Shown in pieces: positions 26,590 to 39,380 of a DNA stretch of 64,000 nt. The notes beneath the pieces are model-generated. The model searched no databases and had not been told where the DNA came from. It worked only from the letters and a program-made list of their open reading frames with translations. This DNA comes from Phoronis australis (taxonomy: Eukaryota > Animalia > Phoronida). Positions within the stretch are counted from its first letter, which is position 1, and the number at the start of each line of letters is the position of its first letter. Where the stretch lies: the NCBI GenBank assembly GCA_002633005.1, contig NMRA01000023.1, forward strand, positions 546,621-610,620, read 5' to 3'. Made by a program: the position numbers and the translations under genes.

Positions 26590-26718
26590 TTCATCAAAGA
26601 TATCACAGGGTCTATAAGGTGGGCCTCTTTCCCTCACCAACCCATGGAAGCTCATGCTGTCGAGGACTCTGGTCAAAAAGTCATCCTCCACCATGCCGCG
26701 ATGCCCGAGGAAATTAGC
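26590..26718 (-). CDS. SBF2: SBF2-like exon 11 (ANFLGHRG...[14 protein letters not shown])
   Basis: tgacag / gtaagt, 129 nt. Confidence 0.93.
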
Positions 26719-27275
26719 CTGTCACAAACATAAGGCAATGCATTCCCTCACTACATCTAGAATAGTGTACTAAGAACTGACATTTTAGGCGACTCTATAA
26801 AGTACACAAGTTTGATTGAGACAAACACTTCTAACCTGCCAAAATGTGGCATAAGGTCAGAAAGACCATAACACAGCTATGGCTCAAGTTGTCTTTGGGA
26901 ACTAAAATGTGTGGGTAGGTTAAACTAGTCGTTCACGCAATGTCCTGCCGTCACAGTGCGGTAACAGAGGGAAGCGCTAATGATGCTAGGCACAAAACAG
27001 AAATGAACTTTGTGGCGGTATTTGGACAGCATTAATTGCAGAAAACGTAAAAACAGAAAGTTGAAAAGCTTGTTAAAGATCCAAAACCTTGTGGGCAACA
27101 TCTCTTCTTGACAAACACTAGCTTTATTATGGAATGATTTCCTTAATCTTTTTGTGTTTTCCTTTGCTTTTTTACCAGAACTTCAACGAAGTTTATGAGG
27201 ACTGGAAGAATTTTATCGACTATTATTAAAAACTGTAAATCACTGACAAAATAGAAAGAACATTCCAAGACAAAC

Positions 27276-27389
27276 CTTATGAAATGTAATGTAGGGTTCT
27301 GGGTGAATCCTGATCAAGGTAAGACATGACCGATAGCCTGTGAACAGTTCAGCAAACAGACGGAGGAAGACTGCACGGATCTCTTTGTC
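27276..27389 (-). CDS. SBF2: SBF2-like exon 10 ([38 protein letters not shown])
   Basis: tttcag / gtttgt, 114 nt, dDENN. Confidence 0.93.
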
Positions 27390-28060
27390 CTGAAACAGAA
27401 CATAATCAAGTCAATAATGTACGCTAAAGTCAGGAATGTCACAATTCTCAAAACTCAAAGACGAAACCAGGGTTCTGATTAACGAAGAATTAAGTCAGAA
27501 ATGTGGTCATACACTTCACGTAACTATTTCTGAAAAACATTTAAATCTCACTCTTGCAAAAATTCAAAGTTTCTGAGAACTTACCCGAAACTATTAATTA
27601 CTCAGACAATTTGTATAAATTGTTCCTAGGTAAGGTGCACTAACAACAAGGCTTAACTATTCAGTATTATTATTCAGTATTGTATTATCCAGTAACTTTG
27701 AAGTGGGACCCCAAGACAAATTTTTGTCTTCAGTCTGAAGTCATTTTTATCAAACAGATCCTTGCTGTATTTGTAGGCAAATTTTCTCACATTCTTCTCA
27801 GAGTAGTTACTACTATACATTGGAAAAAAATATTTGAATTTTCACAGCAAAGGTGTTTCACTAAGCACTGTGGACCAACAAACCTGTGCTGTTAAGAGAT
27901 GTAAAATATATAAATTGTTAGTATTTCCCCGATACATCAGGACTACGTAACTGCTCAACATCAACAGCAGAGTGACAAATTATCAACTACAAAAGGCCCG
28001 GATAACAAGCATGTTCAGACAGTCATTACCACAACAACTTATTATTGACAATTATCTTAC

Positions 28061-28138
28061 CAGCATGGATGACTGTGAGGGTTTGCATGGCTGAGGAGTG
28101 AAGGCATAGTCTGCCGTCAACAGTTCAGGATTGAGCAA
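28061..28138 (-). CDS. SBF2: SBF2-like exon 9 (LLNPELLTADYAFTPQPCKPSQSSML)
   Basis: ttccag / gtaag, 78 nt. Confidence 0.9.
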
Positions 28139-28931
28139 CTGGAATCCAGAAAGAAGCAGATCATAAAATTGTTACGCAACTGTATAACAACATACCAACA
28201 TACCAGCAAGACAGTCCATGTGACAAAGCACTAGACACATCTGGTATAACACTTTGCTCAAGTTAAAATGCTTGCAAGATTCCAGTTTTGCACAGACATT
28301 TCGAGTTCTGACTGAAAGGGGTTGGGTCAAGGTTAAGCATTCCTAAGTTATGAATAGAGAAGTCACACACACAAATGATAGACAAACCTGCTCAGACCAA
28401 TGTGACAGCTCAAAAGTGACACGTTCTATAAATAAGAAACTTTGCTGACTTGCAACAATTAACATCATGAACAGATGAGATCTCTGATTAGTAGCTGTGT
28501 GTCTTAGGCGGCCGGGGCAACAGTCGCTAAAATCCAGATATTTCTCTTTTTGGTTAACTTATCACTGTGTTAGCCAAAAACTGACACACATTCATAAAAA
28601 CAACTCATATGTGGTACTGTCTTCAGCTATTTCCATGTCTGATGTCCGCAGATTGTCTGATATTAACGCAGAAAGTTGGTGTACTGCACTTTCGATTCCA
28701 TTGCAAGTTCTAAAAGTTTAAAAGCGTGGACAAGTTCGGCTCTAAGCCTTGTGAGCGTAGACAACTGGGCTTAGACCTATGTAAGAAAAACGTTTGATTC
28801 ACTTTAATAGTCTAAACACTAAATTTCAAAGGCGTATACTTGGAACAGAATTAAACATGTAGCTGAGAACTCCACAGGTATGTTGATCCTCATTTGTAAC
28901 ATAAATAGCCAGAGATAACCAACAGTGATAC

Positions 28932-29045
28932 CATTGTCAGGGCCGTTAACATCCGGCTGAGCATCGGCTCTGGAAGTGCAGGAACAGTGATGCATTCTGG
29001 GACACTGATACTTCCTCCATCTAGGTCCACGATAATCACATCCAA
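28932..29045 (-). CDS. SBF2: SBF2-like exon 8 (LDVIIVDLDGGSISVPEC...LTALTM)
   Basis: ttgcag / gtatca, 114 nt; the donor is weak. Confidence 0.88.
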
Positions 29046-29532
29046 CTGCAAGAAGCAAATGCATATATCAACTAAGTCGGTGAAACTTTAAATGCACATT
29101 TCAACACAGTTGTTAACTTGAAATACACATTTCAAAAGGTCGATGTAACTTTTAATGCCCATTACAACACCGTTGACGCAACTTTAAAATCACACAGGCA
29201 CAGCCCTGTGACAGCATTGATGACGGCTCTCCAGCAACAGCAACATGTTATGAAATGCCACAACATCATTGGCAATGGGTTCTTGTCTCCATGGATACAT
29301 TATTTGTTAGCCCAGATGTCTGTCAATTTCTAGTACAACCTGTCTTCATAAGCTGATCCTAATGCTTCTATAATGCAAACACGAACCAAAGATCGCTATT
29401 TCAATTTGTATGCGAAACAACTTCTTGAAGCACAGTGATTTTCTGTAATGCATCAACCAATGTGAATTGTAATATTTATGAGGCGATAATACAGACATGG
29501 AGAAATTGACAAGAAAATGTGAAGCGACTCAC

Positions 29533-29641
29533 CAAGTCAGATATGTCATTCCTCAGTGAAGAATGGATGCCGGCGATGAAGGGAGTGGGTGTGTTGAGGA
29601 CCTCCAGTAGTGCAGCGGGTAACAGGGGGATGTAGACGTAA
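29533..29641 (-). CDS. SBF2: SBF2-like exon 7 (YVYIPLLPAALLEVLNTPTPFIAGIHSSLRNDISDL)
   Basis: tttcag / gtgagt, 109 nt, DENN signature YIPLLP...PTPF..G. Confidence 0.93.
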
Positions 29642-30016
29642 CTGAAAGGTCACAGGAGCATGTAATACAGATCAAGCAGGGTTGGGGAAGTCAAATGCCA
29701 GGTTGACATGTTGTTTGGATTTGTTGAGGACCTCTAGTAAAGCATGTAGTAAAGGTAACTGAAAGGTCACAGGAGCATGTAATGTACATCCAAGTGGGGG
29801 TCAGAGGTCAAATATCGGGTTGACCTCACATTATGGAGGAGTTGGGCACTTTCAGCAATGCGGGTAGAAGAAACGATTGATATGCCAACAGACATGCGTA
29901 CTGCAATTCAGTTACAGTCTGAATGTCATTTCATACCTAGCGACTACACCAAGCTTCCTTGTAACTATGATAGTAAGTTAACAACATCGCTTTCACTTGC
30001 CTGTACAACGCCTTAC

Positions 30017-30149
30017 CTGTAGTTGAGTGGGTACATGATGACGTGGAGCGCATGGCTGGCGTTGGCCAGCCTGGAGTAACTCTGGGAGTGGAAGAGCACC
30101 TTGCAGTCAGTCAGCGCTGCCACAAACAGTGTGATGGTGTTGTGAATAC
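30017..30149 (-). CDS. SBF2: SBF2-like exon 6 (GIHNTITLFVAALTDCKVLFHSQSYSRL...MYPLNY)
   Basis: gcgcag / gtaagg, 133 nt, core DENN. Confidence 0.92.
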
Positions 30150-30357
30150 CTGCGCAGCAACATGATCAATAGTTAAAAAAATACTGGAGGAAAAGAGAAC
30201 AAAGTTTTAATGAAAACTTTTTTTTTCATAATAAATAAAAAATGGAACTCGGCTAAAAAATGCGCATCATTGATTTCTCATAACTTAAGTGTAAGAAGGT
30301 GCTATACATCGCACAGACCCATAAAAGTAAAGCGACAACATGTAATAAAGACTCAAG

Positions 30358-30590
30358 GTTATGTAGTACCTCATTGTTATGCAGTACCTCATTGTTATGC
30401 AGTACCTCATTGTTATGCAGTACCTCATTGTTATGCAGTACCTCATTGTTATGCAGTACCTCATTGTTATGCAGTACCTCATTGTTATGCAGTACCTCAT
30501 TGTTATGCAGTACCTCATTGTTATGCAGTACCTCATTGTTATGCAGTACCTCATTGTTATGCAGTACCTCATTGTTATGCAGTACCTCAT
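30358..30590. repeat. 18-bp minisatellite (gttatgcagtacctcatt), ~13 copies
   Basis: Almost perfect array; it is the source of the YAVPHC/MRYCIT ORFs. Confidence 0.98.
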
Positions 30591-30942
30591 CGACAAATCT
30601 GTGTATTCAGTCAAATATGTAGACAACTGTAGAATTGAACTCGGCAAACGTATATATTTTACGAGAGAATTTGATTTTGAATTTTTACTAATCTGGTATT
30701 ACGAGAATCACATAACTATGTTTATTCATAGTAAAAATTAGCAAAAAAGGAAGGAACATTGATAGCAAAAAAACAGTATGAATAAAACAATCAGATTTTA
30801 TTTGATGTAAATAATCATAAGTCCCGTTTTTTACACCCACTCCCGCAAAAGTGGAAAATTTTAAAATTAATTCTTAAATGCATTTTTGAGAACAGAACAC
30901 AAAGCATATAGTATCTGGAAGTTTCACATGAATCTCATCAGC

Positions 30943-31127
30943 CATTCTGAGACATGATGTCCAAAAGTCAGACATTTGGCCACTTCTGTAGGGTCCTACA
31001 TAACATTCTGAGATATGATATTCAAAAGTCAGACATTTGGCCACTTCTGTAGGGTCCTACATAACATTCTGAGATATGATGCTCTAAAGTCAGTCAAATT
31101 TGGCCTCTTCTGTAGGGTCCTACATAA
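30943..31127. repeat. 61-bp tandem repeat, 3 copies
   Basis: cattctgaga at 30943, 31004 and 31065. Confidence 0.95.
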
Positions 31128-31344
31128 TCTCAATAGACCATAAGAGAATACTGTACACAAAGTGAACAAAATGTTTACACCTTCATTAACACTTCTGTTT
31201 ACTGCTGCTGGTATAGATGACTCACACAATATACCGAGGTTTCCATTCAATGCCTTCCATCCATCCACAACTCGGACCAAGCTGCGATGCGAAGGAGAGG
31301 CAAGAGCACAACACCCAACTATTGTCACTGACGAGAATACTCAC

Positions 31345-31461
31345 CCAGCTGTTGAAACATCATGGCTACTGTTGTGTTTGAGACGGGAATGGTTGGACTG
31401 AGAGGCGGTTGGAGAGCCTGCCTGTCACCTGCGCCGATGGAGAAGCGCACCTGAGGCCCTC
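31345..31461 (-). CDS. SBF2: SBF2-like exon 5 (GGPQVRFSIGAGDRQALQPP...MMFQQL)
   Basis: ctgcag / gtgagt, 117 nt. Confidence 0.92.
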
Positions 31462-32245
31462 CTGCAGAGTACGAGAAATGAAGAGAAAGTGATGATCTAC
31501 TCTGTAAGTATGGTTCAATTACAAAATTTTAAAGCTAAGCATTCTTCAAGTCAAATAACTCAGACTTGATCTCGAGGAAGTCTATATAACAATTAAAATG
31601 ATGTGAAGTTTAGAATTTCAATATGAATTCATCTCCACAGAGTAAATTCAGCACATTGTGATGTCAGCAGTGTGGCGTTCAAAGTAAACATTTCGTTAAT
31701 TTGTTCACGAAAGGCTCTACACCGGCACACCGTTTCATACAAGACACAAAAAAGTTAATATGATCTCGTGCTACAGTTGCAATGAGAAGCATAGCGACAT
31801 CTCGCAGAGACTTGGCGTGACCTTAATTTTTCATAGGAGTCTTGCGTCTATGGAAAGCAGCCTGGATACAACATTCAAGGTATGTTTAACTTTCCCTTAC
31901 TGAGCCTGGTGTTTCAGGGTGTTATAACTAATGATTAATGGAACACAGCTTAAAACCTTTTGCTGCCCATTCACTTTAATACAACGACTTGAGACATCAA
32001 GTTTGAAAACATATAGAAAAAAGCTTTTTAAAACCAATGCTCTAACTGTTAATTTGGGCGCAACATCACTAAATATGAGTCTACAGTACCAGTATTCGTT
32101 TTAAACCTTTTTCTCCTATAACACATAATAAGAATGATTACCATCACTACCTATGTTTATTTGCACACATCCATTACTTATCCCATCATTCAGCTTAGCA
32201 AATCTGCCTCTGGCCCCTGGCCCAACCTGAAGTTCCCCAACTCAC

Positions 32246-32348
32246 CAGCAGGGGGCACTTGCACACAGCCCAGGATGTTCCCAATTAGCGTCTCCAGCTG
32301 GTAAGACATGTTGTCAATCCATACTGTGTAGATTAATCCAAGACAGTT
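32246..32348 (-). CDS. SBF2: SBF2-like exon 4 (NCLGLIYTVWIDNMSYQLETLIGNILGCVQVPPA)
   Basis: tttcag / gtgag, 103 nt. Confidence 0.92.
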
Positions 32349-32828
32349 CTGAAATTAGATCCATTAATTACAACCAGGCAGTGAACAGCCATAGCTAGTA
32401 TTGGCTACAGCACTAATAGTAGAACTTGGATTGTAAATAATCAACACGAAATGCAAATGGCATACAGACTTATTTCAATTACATCATTCACATTTTTCGT
32501 TACATTTTGTTACCCTGATCACCGAATGTAAGAAATCTTAGGGGGTGACAGGCACTGTGTGTCCAGCTACAAACGGATGCAATTGCTGTTGTAGCAGACA
32601 GTAATTAAAAAGACGCTACATCGTCAACCTGTTTTGACTCATCACAGCAACCAGTTTGAATTTCGTCTGGACTGAGTTTGGCTTACTTGCATGGAGTGAA
32701 TGTCTATGCAACGAGTTTGAACTTTTGGGAAATTTGATATTTCTGAAGCAAACTACAACAAACATTGGATTTTGCCAATCAGTTCAGTACATTTATTCCA
32801 AGACTTGGTGATCAAATTCAAATATGGA

Positions 32829-33129
32829 ATCAAGAGGTTTGTAGAAACTATCATTTGTCACAAAGTGAGAGACAGCACGGCAACACTGTGGGGTGTACAG
32901 ACGAAATCTAGATTTTCTCGCTATGACCTCGAAAATGATGTCAAGGTAACCAAAATCGACTGGCACATGGAGATGTCCCACCTACATCTCAGTACAAAAT
33001 ATGAACAAAATCGAGAGCTTCCCTTGGGAGACATATGGCAACAACATTGTACATCGTACGGACATACAGAAGAGCGGCCGTGAATACCACGCCCCCTGCT
33101 TCACGCTAATGCGTGGCGGAAGACAAAAA
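32829..33129 (-). mobile_element. Short HINE-like element, family B
   Basis: caagag end, core tgacctcga...tcaagg, acggacatacaga microsatellite remnant, hairpin cacgc-taat-gcgtg followed by gacaaaaa. Confidence 0.55.
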
Positions 33130-34486
33130 CTGAATCAAACCTACAGCACAAGCAATCAGTAAAACTCCAGTACGGTAATTCTCTGCTTATTTTTTTCAAA
33201 AAAAAACAATTGCAAACATGGGTGTTTTTCTATTTTTCAAGGGCTGATTACCTTTCAGCAAATGCTGATAACTTATTCTGTATTATGACGTCAACACACA
33301 GCAAACCATGCTTGACATATACATAGCTTTTGAGGAGCAATTTAACAAAACAGAATTTCACATGTCGGTCATATTGTGAACTAAGTAAGTGTTACTGTGG
33401 TATTCAAGCTGAAACAGTAGCAGAACAGTGAACCTGCATACTGGCTTAGAAAACAAACTTGTGGTTAACCTGGCCGCAGAGACACCAGACATGACCAAGA
33501 CTAAACAATACAGGATTGTAAAACAGGTTGTGCTCCATCTCTGGTTCATAAATGTTACAAACAAGAAATTCTGTTGACACAAAATGTTTTTACAGGATGT
33601 CAACTTCTACATATCACTTCAGGGCAAATTTATCAACACAAAAAATATATGGAAACAGCCAGGCCAACCGATATCAACAAAGTTCTCTTAGTTACAAATG
33701 TTGAGATCTTGGCAACATTATGTGAATTAACATATTTATAATGATTATCTCATGAAGTTCTACGTAAGCAATGGCAAACATTTAATTTGCAACTAGGGTA
33801 TCACATTTACAGCTGCAAAAACCTAAGCGCATGGAAAGTAAATACTATTGACTTCAGAATGTTTGAATGGATTCGAGGATTTTTATTAGCCACAGCTACT
33901 AAAAGTATTGCAGATTCCACCATACCTCACCATTTAGTAAATAAGACGTTGTTTTAAGCGTTTTCTTTCAACCTCGTTTTGTTCTGCATGACATTTGCTT
34001 CTATCCTACCAATGCGGCAACTCATCTGCTCCCAGAAATTTGTGTTAAAGGGAGGCATAACTCCTGGACAAAAACAAGCAATTGTAACTCCTTTCAAAAC
34101 TGGTGGATTAAACTACACAGTTGCTTAACTCCCCTAGAGTGGGAAAGCATAAATCTTGCTCAACGGGAGTAATCATGATAGATAGTGACATGTATCACTA
34201 ATCACATCATAGTCAACTATGCCACAGGATGTTTAATTCAGAAAACTAGAAGCAACATTGACTTCGCTAGTGGACAATAGTCAGTTGTAATGGAGTTTAT
34301 CTGCAGGGAAAGTGACACAAATCTAATTAATCTGCACAGCATAACTTCACACTCCTGTTTTTCATCAAAATTGTTTCAAATCAATTTTCTTTAACATATC
34401 TTCAACAACTCGACAAATCTTCTATTGTGTGACATAGAAGATTTGGTAAAGCGTTTTTATCAAAAGCAACTGCTATGAGTACTAAC

Positions 34487-34744
34487 CCTGAACACCTCGA
34501 AGTAATCTAGCCGTGAGACAAGAGCCAGACACTTAGGGGCATACATGACGGAGTGACGGATGACAGTCGTCTCCTGCTCATCACCGTCCTCGTCATCGGG
34601 CTTGGCCTGCGTCATGGCGACAGGTTCATTGAAGGTCATGCAGGCGCAGTAGTGACGTTCGGCGTCCATGTCGGTGAGAACCGAGACGAAGAAGGTGGGC
34701 TGTTGGCGCTGGGTGGACAAAGACCATCCTGCTGGCTGACAGAA
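34487..34744 (-). CDS. SBF2: SBF2-like exon 3 (FCQPAGW...VSRLDYFEVFR)
   Basis: cttcag / gttagt, 258 nt, phase 0-0, inside ORF 34460..34999. Confidence 0.93.
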
Positions 34745-35185
34745 CTGAAGGGCAAAAGGGAATGCGTGAAACTTTGGGGGTGAAATGGGGACCATCCTGC
34801 TGGTAGACAGAACTAAAGAGAAAAGGGAAGCGTGAAACATTGGGGTGAAACAGAATATTCTGTTGGATAGAAATGAAGTGCGAGGGGAAGAGTGAAAGGT
34901 GGAGGAATAAAGGAAACCAACTGGATAGAAGATCTGAAGTGAGGAAAGAGATGTGTGAAACACAAGGGTGATGGGAGTGGAGACAGCGACCACAAACAAG
35001 TTGCAAAGTTAACACTCATTTGAAGACTGATAATTCAAGTCCAATATTCAAAATTAGACAGATATCTGTGGAGGTGAAGGTTACTATAAATTCAACCTCT
35101 GCACAAAATTCAACTTCTGTAAGACGAGGTGCAAACATTATTGAGGAGTTGAGTAAAGTGCTGTTAACAAACTACCACAACTTAC

Positions 35186-35271
35186 CAATTCTAAGCCCTG
35201 TATGAATGGACTGTCTTCCCAATCCTTCTCCGGGAATCGCTGCAAGATCTTACCATGGCTGGTACCACTCC
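35186..35271 (-). CDS. SBF2: SBF2-like exon 2 ([29 protein letters not shown])
   Basis: ttgcag acceptor, gtaag donor, 86 nt, uDENN motif ILQRFP. Confidence 0.93.
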
Positions 35272-36484
35272 CTGCAATGACAAAAAATCCTTTCACTGAC
35301 GCTTAGGGTTCCACACAAGATTGGGAGAAAGGGTGCTTCTCAATTTTCAAAGAGCAGCTAAATTCTAGCAAACTAGAACACATATTCAAATTACAGTTCC
35401 TTTCTAAGGTATAGAAAGAAGAGACAGTTACGACCAGGTCCTTCAGTTCGATTGTTATGGCACGTCATTTGCTGCACTAGGAACGGTCTCAAGTAATAGC
35501 GACAAATTAAATTTCCTACCAGAAATCTGCTAATGCATTATGCATGTACTGCATATTAAAGCGATGTCCCTACTGGTGTATCAGCGCAAGTGGAACAGAG
35601 TGACGTGGAGACAAGGTGACAGGGTGTACCTTGTACCACCGTGAAATTTTACATTACATGGTCAATGAATGCATGGTGTAAAAATGTGTTCGGAGACACA
35701 CTTAACCCAGAGCATATTGCCAAGTGTGTCAATTTGCTCAGCGTAAAAGTTGTTGTTGACACAGGTCATTTAAACTAAAAATTATTTGTGGAATTAGACG
35801 TTTTATAAAACCCATCAATGCATTACCCAAGACTGCTCAACCTTGAAACAAAGAGTGTAGTCCACAGAGGCGAGACTCCTCACGAAAAACGCAAAAACAT
35901 GCGAGACTGCAAGACAATACAATGTATTACAAGCGAAGAACATGGTCACACTAGCTTCCTTAGCAATGGGATATTTGTGTCTATGAAAGTCTACCCAGTT
36001 AACCAGTAAGTTCAAAGTACTTGCCTCGCCACACTTGAACCCAGCAGTATCATTCTGAGGCAAGCTGCATTGACATTTAGAAAGGCAAAGTAGCCAGTGA
36101 AAATACAATTAACTAATAGTGCATGGTAGTCCCAATGTTCAGAAAGATATTTGAAGCATGTTGAGAACAGGGGGCAGTAAACATATGCCCTGAACACATC
36201 ATACACATGCTGAGGTGTTTGGACAGGAAAAAATGTAGCCTGTACTTTTTCTATCACTCCCTCAAAATGAGGTCAAAATATCACTTGCCTGGAGACGCCT
36301 AGGAAACCACAACATTGCAACAGAAATACCTTAATTAGGAAGTGTGGTTATAAAAAAGATCACACAAAGGGAAACAACCACTACCAAAATCCATACATCT
36401 CGGAAATGAGCCAATATCTTTAAATATTGTCTGTTATAACACGAGTGACCACAAGCATACAGGGGAGAGAGTCTGGAACTACTT

Positions 36485-37650
36485 ACAAGAGCAACGCGGA
36501 GCATTGAAATGCACCCACAAATGTCCCGCAAACGGAGTGATTCTAGGGTTGTTTATTTGTTTCATAAAAATAGCACTAGATGGCGAAAAAACGTCCAACC
36601 CATGTGAAAATGAGAACATGCCATCGCTTTTTTAATAGAAAAATTATTTACCAAATTTCATAAAAATCTGTCAAGGAACTTCAGAGAAAAAAAGAAAACA
36701 GAAAAAAAGGAAATTGTCACTATGAAGCACAGTGTTTACTGGATCTGCCTGAAAGACGTCGTCATCTGTTGTTACCTTCATATAAATACAATTACTTAAT
36801 ATAATAAAGATCCTGCAGTGAGTTGAGGAGATGCAGCTATTGCCCCCAAAAATAACAAAAACTACCACTAGGAGGTGCAACAGTAGTCAAATTTATTATC
36901 GTCAACCGTTCTCTTCACACCGAGAACATATATGCCAATTTTCAAAATCATCCTTAGAATGGATGATCAAGGGGTGGACGCCAAAAAACAAGACTCGAAA
37001 ACAGGAAAATGGCCACTAGGTGGCACAAAGTACCTTGATTCCATCCAAAAGCAGGAGGATAGCATCATCTCACCAATAAATGCCTTATTCCAAACTTTCT
37101 GATAATCCGTTGAAGACCTTTGAAGATACAGAGGTAAGCCTAAAGACGAAAATTGCTACTAGGGGGCACACTGGTAATCAGATACATCCGAAGGTTGTTG
37201 TCATCCATTGCAAACATTATATAAATACAATTGCTAAATTTAGCAAAGATGCTGCAAACAGTTTAGGAGATACAGCCATGGGCGCAAAAAAACAAAACTA
37301 CCACTAGGAGACAGCAAGGTAGTCAAAATCGTCGGAAAATCGTCAGCTTCGTAGTAAGAACATACATGCCAATTTTCAGTCATCCTAAGAGCGGTTTGGT
37401 TGATAGAGGGCAGGACGCCAAAATACAGACTCGAAAACAGTAAAAATGGCCACTAGGTGGTGCAAACTATGTCAAATCCATGGGAGGATAGCGCCATCTC
37501 ACTAATAGATGTCTATTCCAAATTTTATGAAAATACGTTGGGGACCTTTGAAGATACAGAGGTAAACGTAAAAAATAAAACTGACACTAGGCAGCACAAC
37601 AGTAGTCAGTTCTGTCCGAAAGTCGTCATCATCCATTGTCAACACCATAT
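36485..37650 (-). mobile_element. HINE family A copy, truncated at the microsatellite end
   Basis: Colinear with about 50736-51915 (acaagagcaacgcggagcattgaaatgcacccac..., same tandem units). Confidence 0.82.
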
Positions 37651-39380
37651 GGATGCAGAAGGACATCTGTCAAAGATAGAATGTCCTTTCACCAAATGGA
37701 CACAAATTGGCCACAACTTTACAAATGTAGGACTGTCATTAACATAACTCAGCTACACCGAGCTTTTTTCATTGGCACACAAAAATGTTGCTTTCATCAC
37801 ATTAGTCAGGTCCTGCAGGTATCATCTTTCCCCACTCTTGAATTAGAACAGATACTACAGGTCCAATAATTCAGGAGATATAAAGTAGGAAATTATGATA
37901 CAAAATACAGTTCCACTCTGTTATGTTTCTAAGTCAATGAAATAGCAAGTTTAATCATATGGTTGAGATAACAACCTGTTAGGGATTTCAGAACTATTTC
38001 ATTTTTTGCATGCCAGTTTGTTTGCATTAAGCGCTGCCTGTTAAGAATTCGACTAGCCAATCAGAAACGTCGGTGTAAAAAAATTTCCCAAGAAAAATTA
38101 AATGATACCTGCGTGCTGGCTACTGGCCACCTAGCGGAAAGCAGGGAACCAGCGAGGCAAAACAGAGTCTTTTCAGTAACTGGGTGGCTATTACGGAATT
38201 AAATACGGTATATGCATTAGATCATTTGATTGGCCTAACAATCTTCTATCCTCCATCACCACTAATTGATATTCAGAATTTAAGTAGATATATATTCAGC
38301 ACTGCCATCGTGAACTGTAGCTGTTAATTACTAAATTACTAAACAAGTGTATAAATATAGCCTGTGTATATTATAAGCTCATTGGCTTATGTCAGTAGAG
38401 TCCATCCCAAGTCAGAAATGTGATACTGCTCTAGAGACAAGCCCTCAAATAAAACACACCACAAGATATGACGAGAAATATATGTACACCAGAATATATT
38501 TACAGCAAAAATTCACCAATTAAAGACAAACATAATTGCCAAAATTGCACTTTTTTCATTTTCCAAAGGCCCATATTTCAAATTATTGTCCTCTGGTAGC
38601 CATAATAGCATATAACTTAAATACAGCAAAGCATAATTTCAACACTCATCATTTATGAAAATATGACAAAAAATTTTTGCACATCCCAACAAATTGTGTC
38701 CTAAACAGATGAGATTTTACAGTAAACAATGCCCCTATCTCTTGGATACTCATGTGCACATTAAGATCAGCAACATTTTAAGACCCATACAGTGCCATCT
38801 CTAAAGACCATTGTTTTAGGTTTGACCATATCAGCAGTGTGTGGGACTTTAAGCCTTTTTCAGGCACAAAATGAAACAGGAGTTTTAACACTTCAGTTGA
38901 CATCATATCTTGTCAAAGAATGCATCAAGCAATGAGAACCGATGCACGATAACTCAAAAGTACTTTGATCAACCAAAGTCCTTGTATCAAACAAACTTTT
39001 ACAAAGAACAAAGGAACAATAGTGTTTTCTTTCCAAATAGAGATAAGACGGACAAGCCAGGTGCTACTATATACCCAGTAATACCTATTAATTTTGCTAA
39101 ATAAGTGACATCAAGCTCATCCTGCATCAGAAGCCATGTAACATTTCACATAAATATTTTTCATGTAGTATACATAACAAAACGTATCAATTTTCTACCA
39201 TGGACACAGCTAGACTTGCAAGTAGAACATACCACCATGTCTTGGGATGACAAAGACAGATGTATTCATCTAGAACTACATTTGATGCAACATTACAAAT
39301 TCTCCAATTTTACGCAATTTCTTCATGGCAAGCTCCTGCGCATCAGCATATCTGGTAGCTGTATTAGTGCTTTTCTAAAA

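Noticed and set aside
30210-30741. Repetitive-protein ORFs (YAVPHC / MRYCIT / MQYLIV)n
   Set aside because: Artefacts of an 18-bp minisatellite that lacks stops in several frames.
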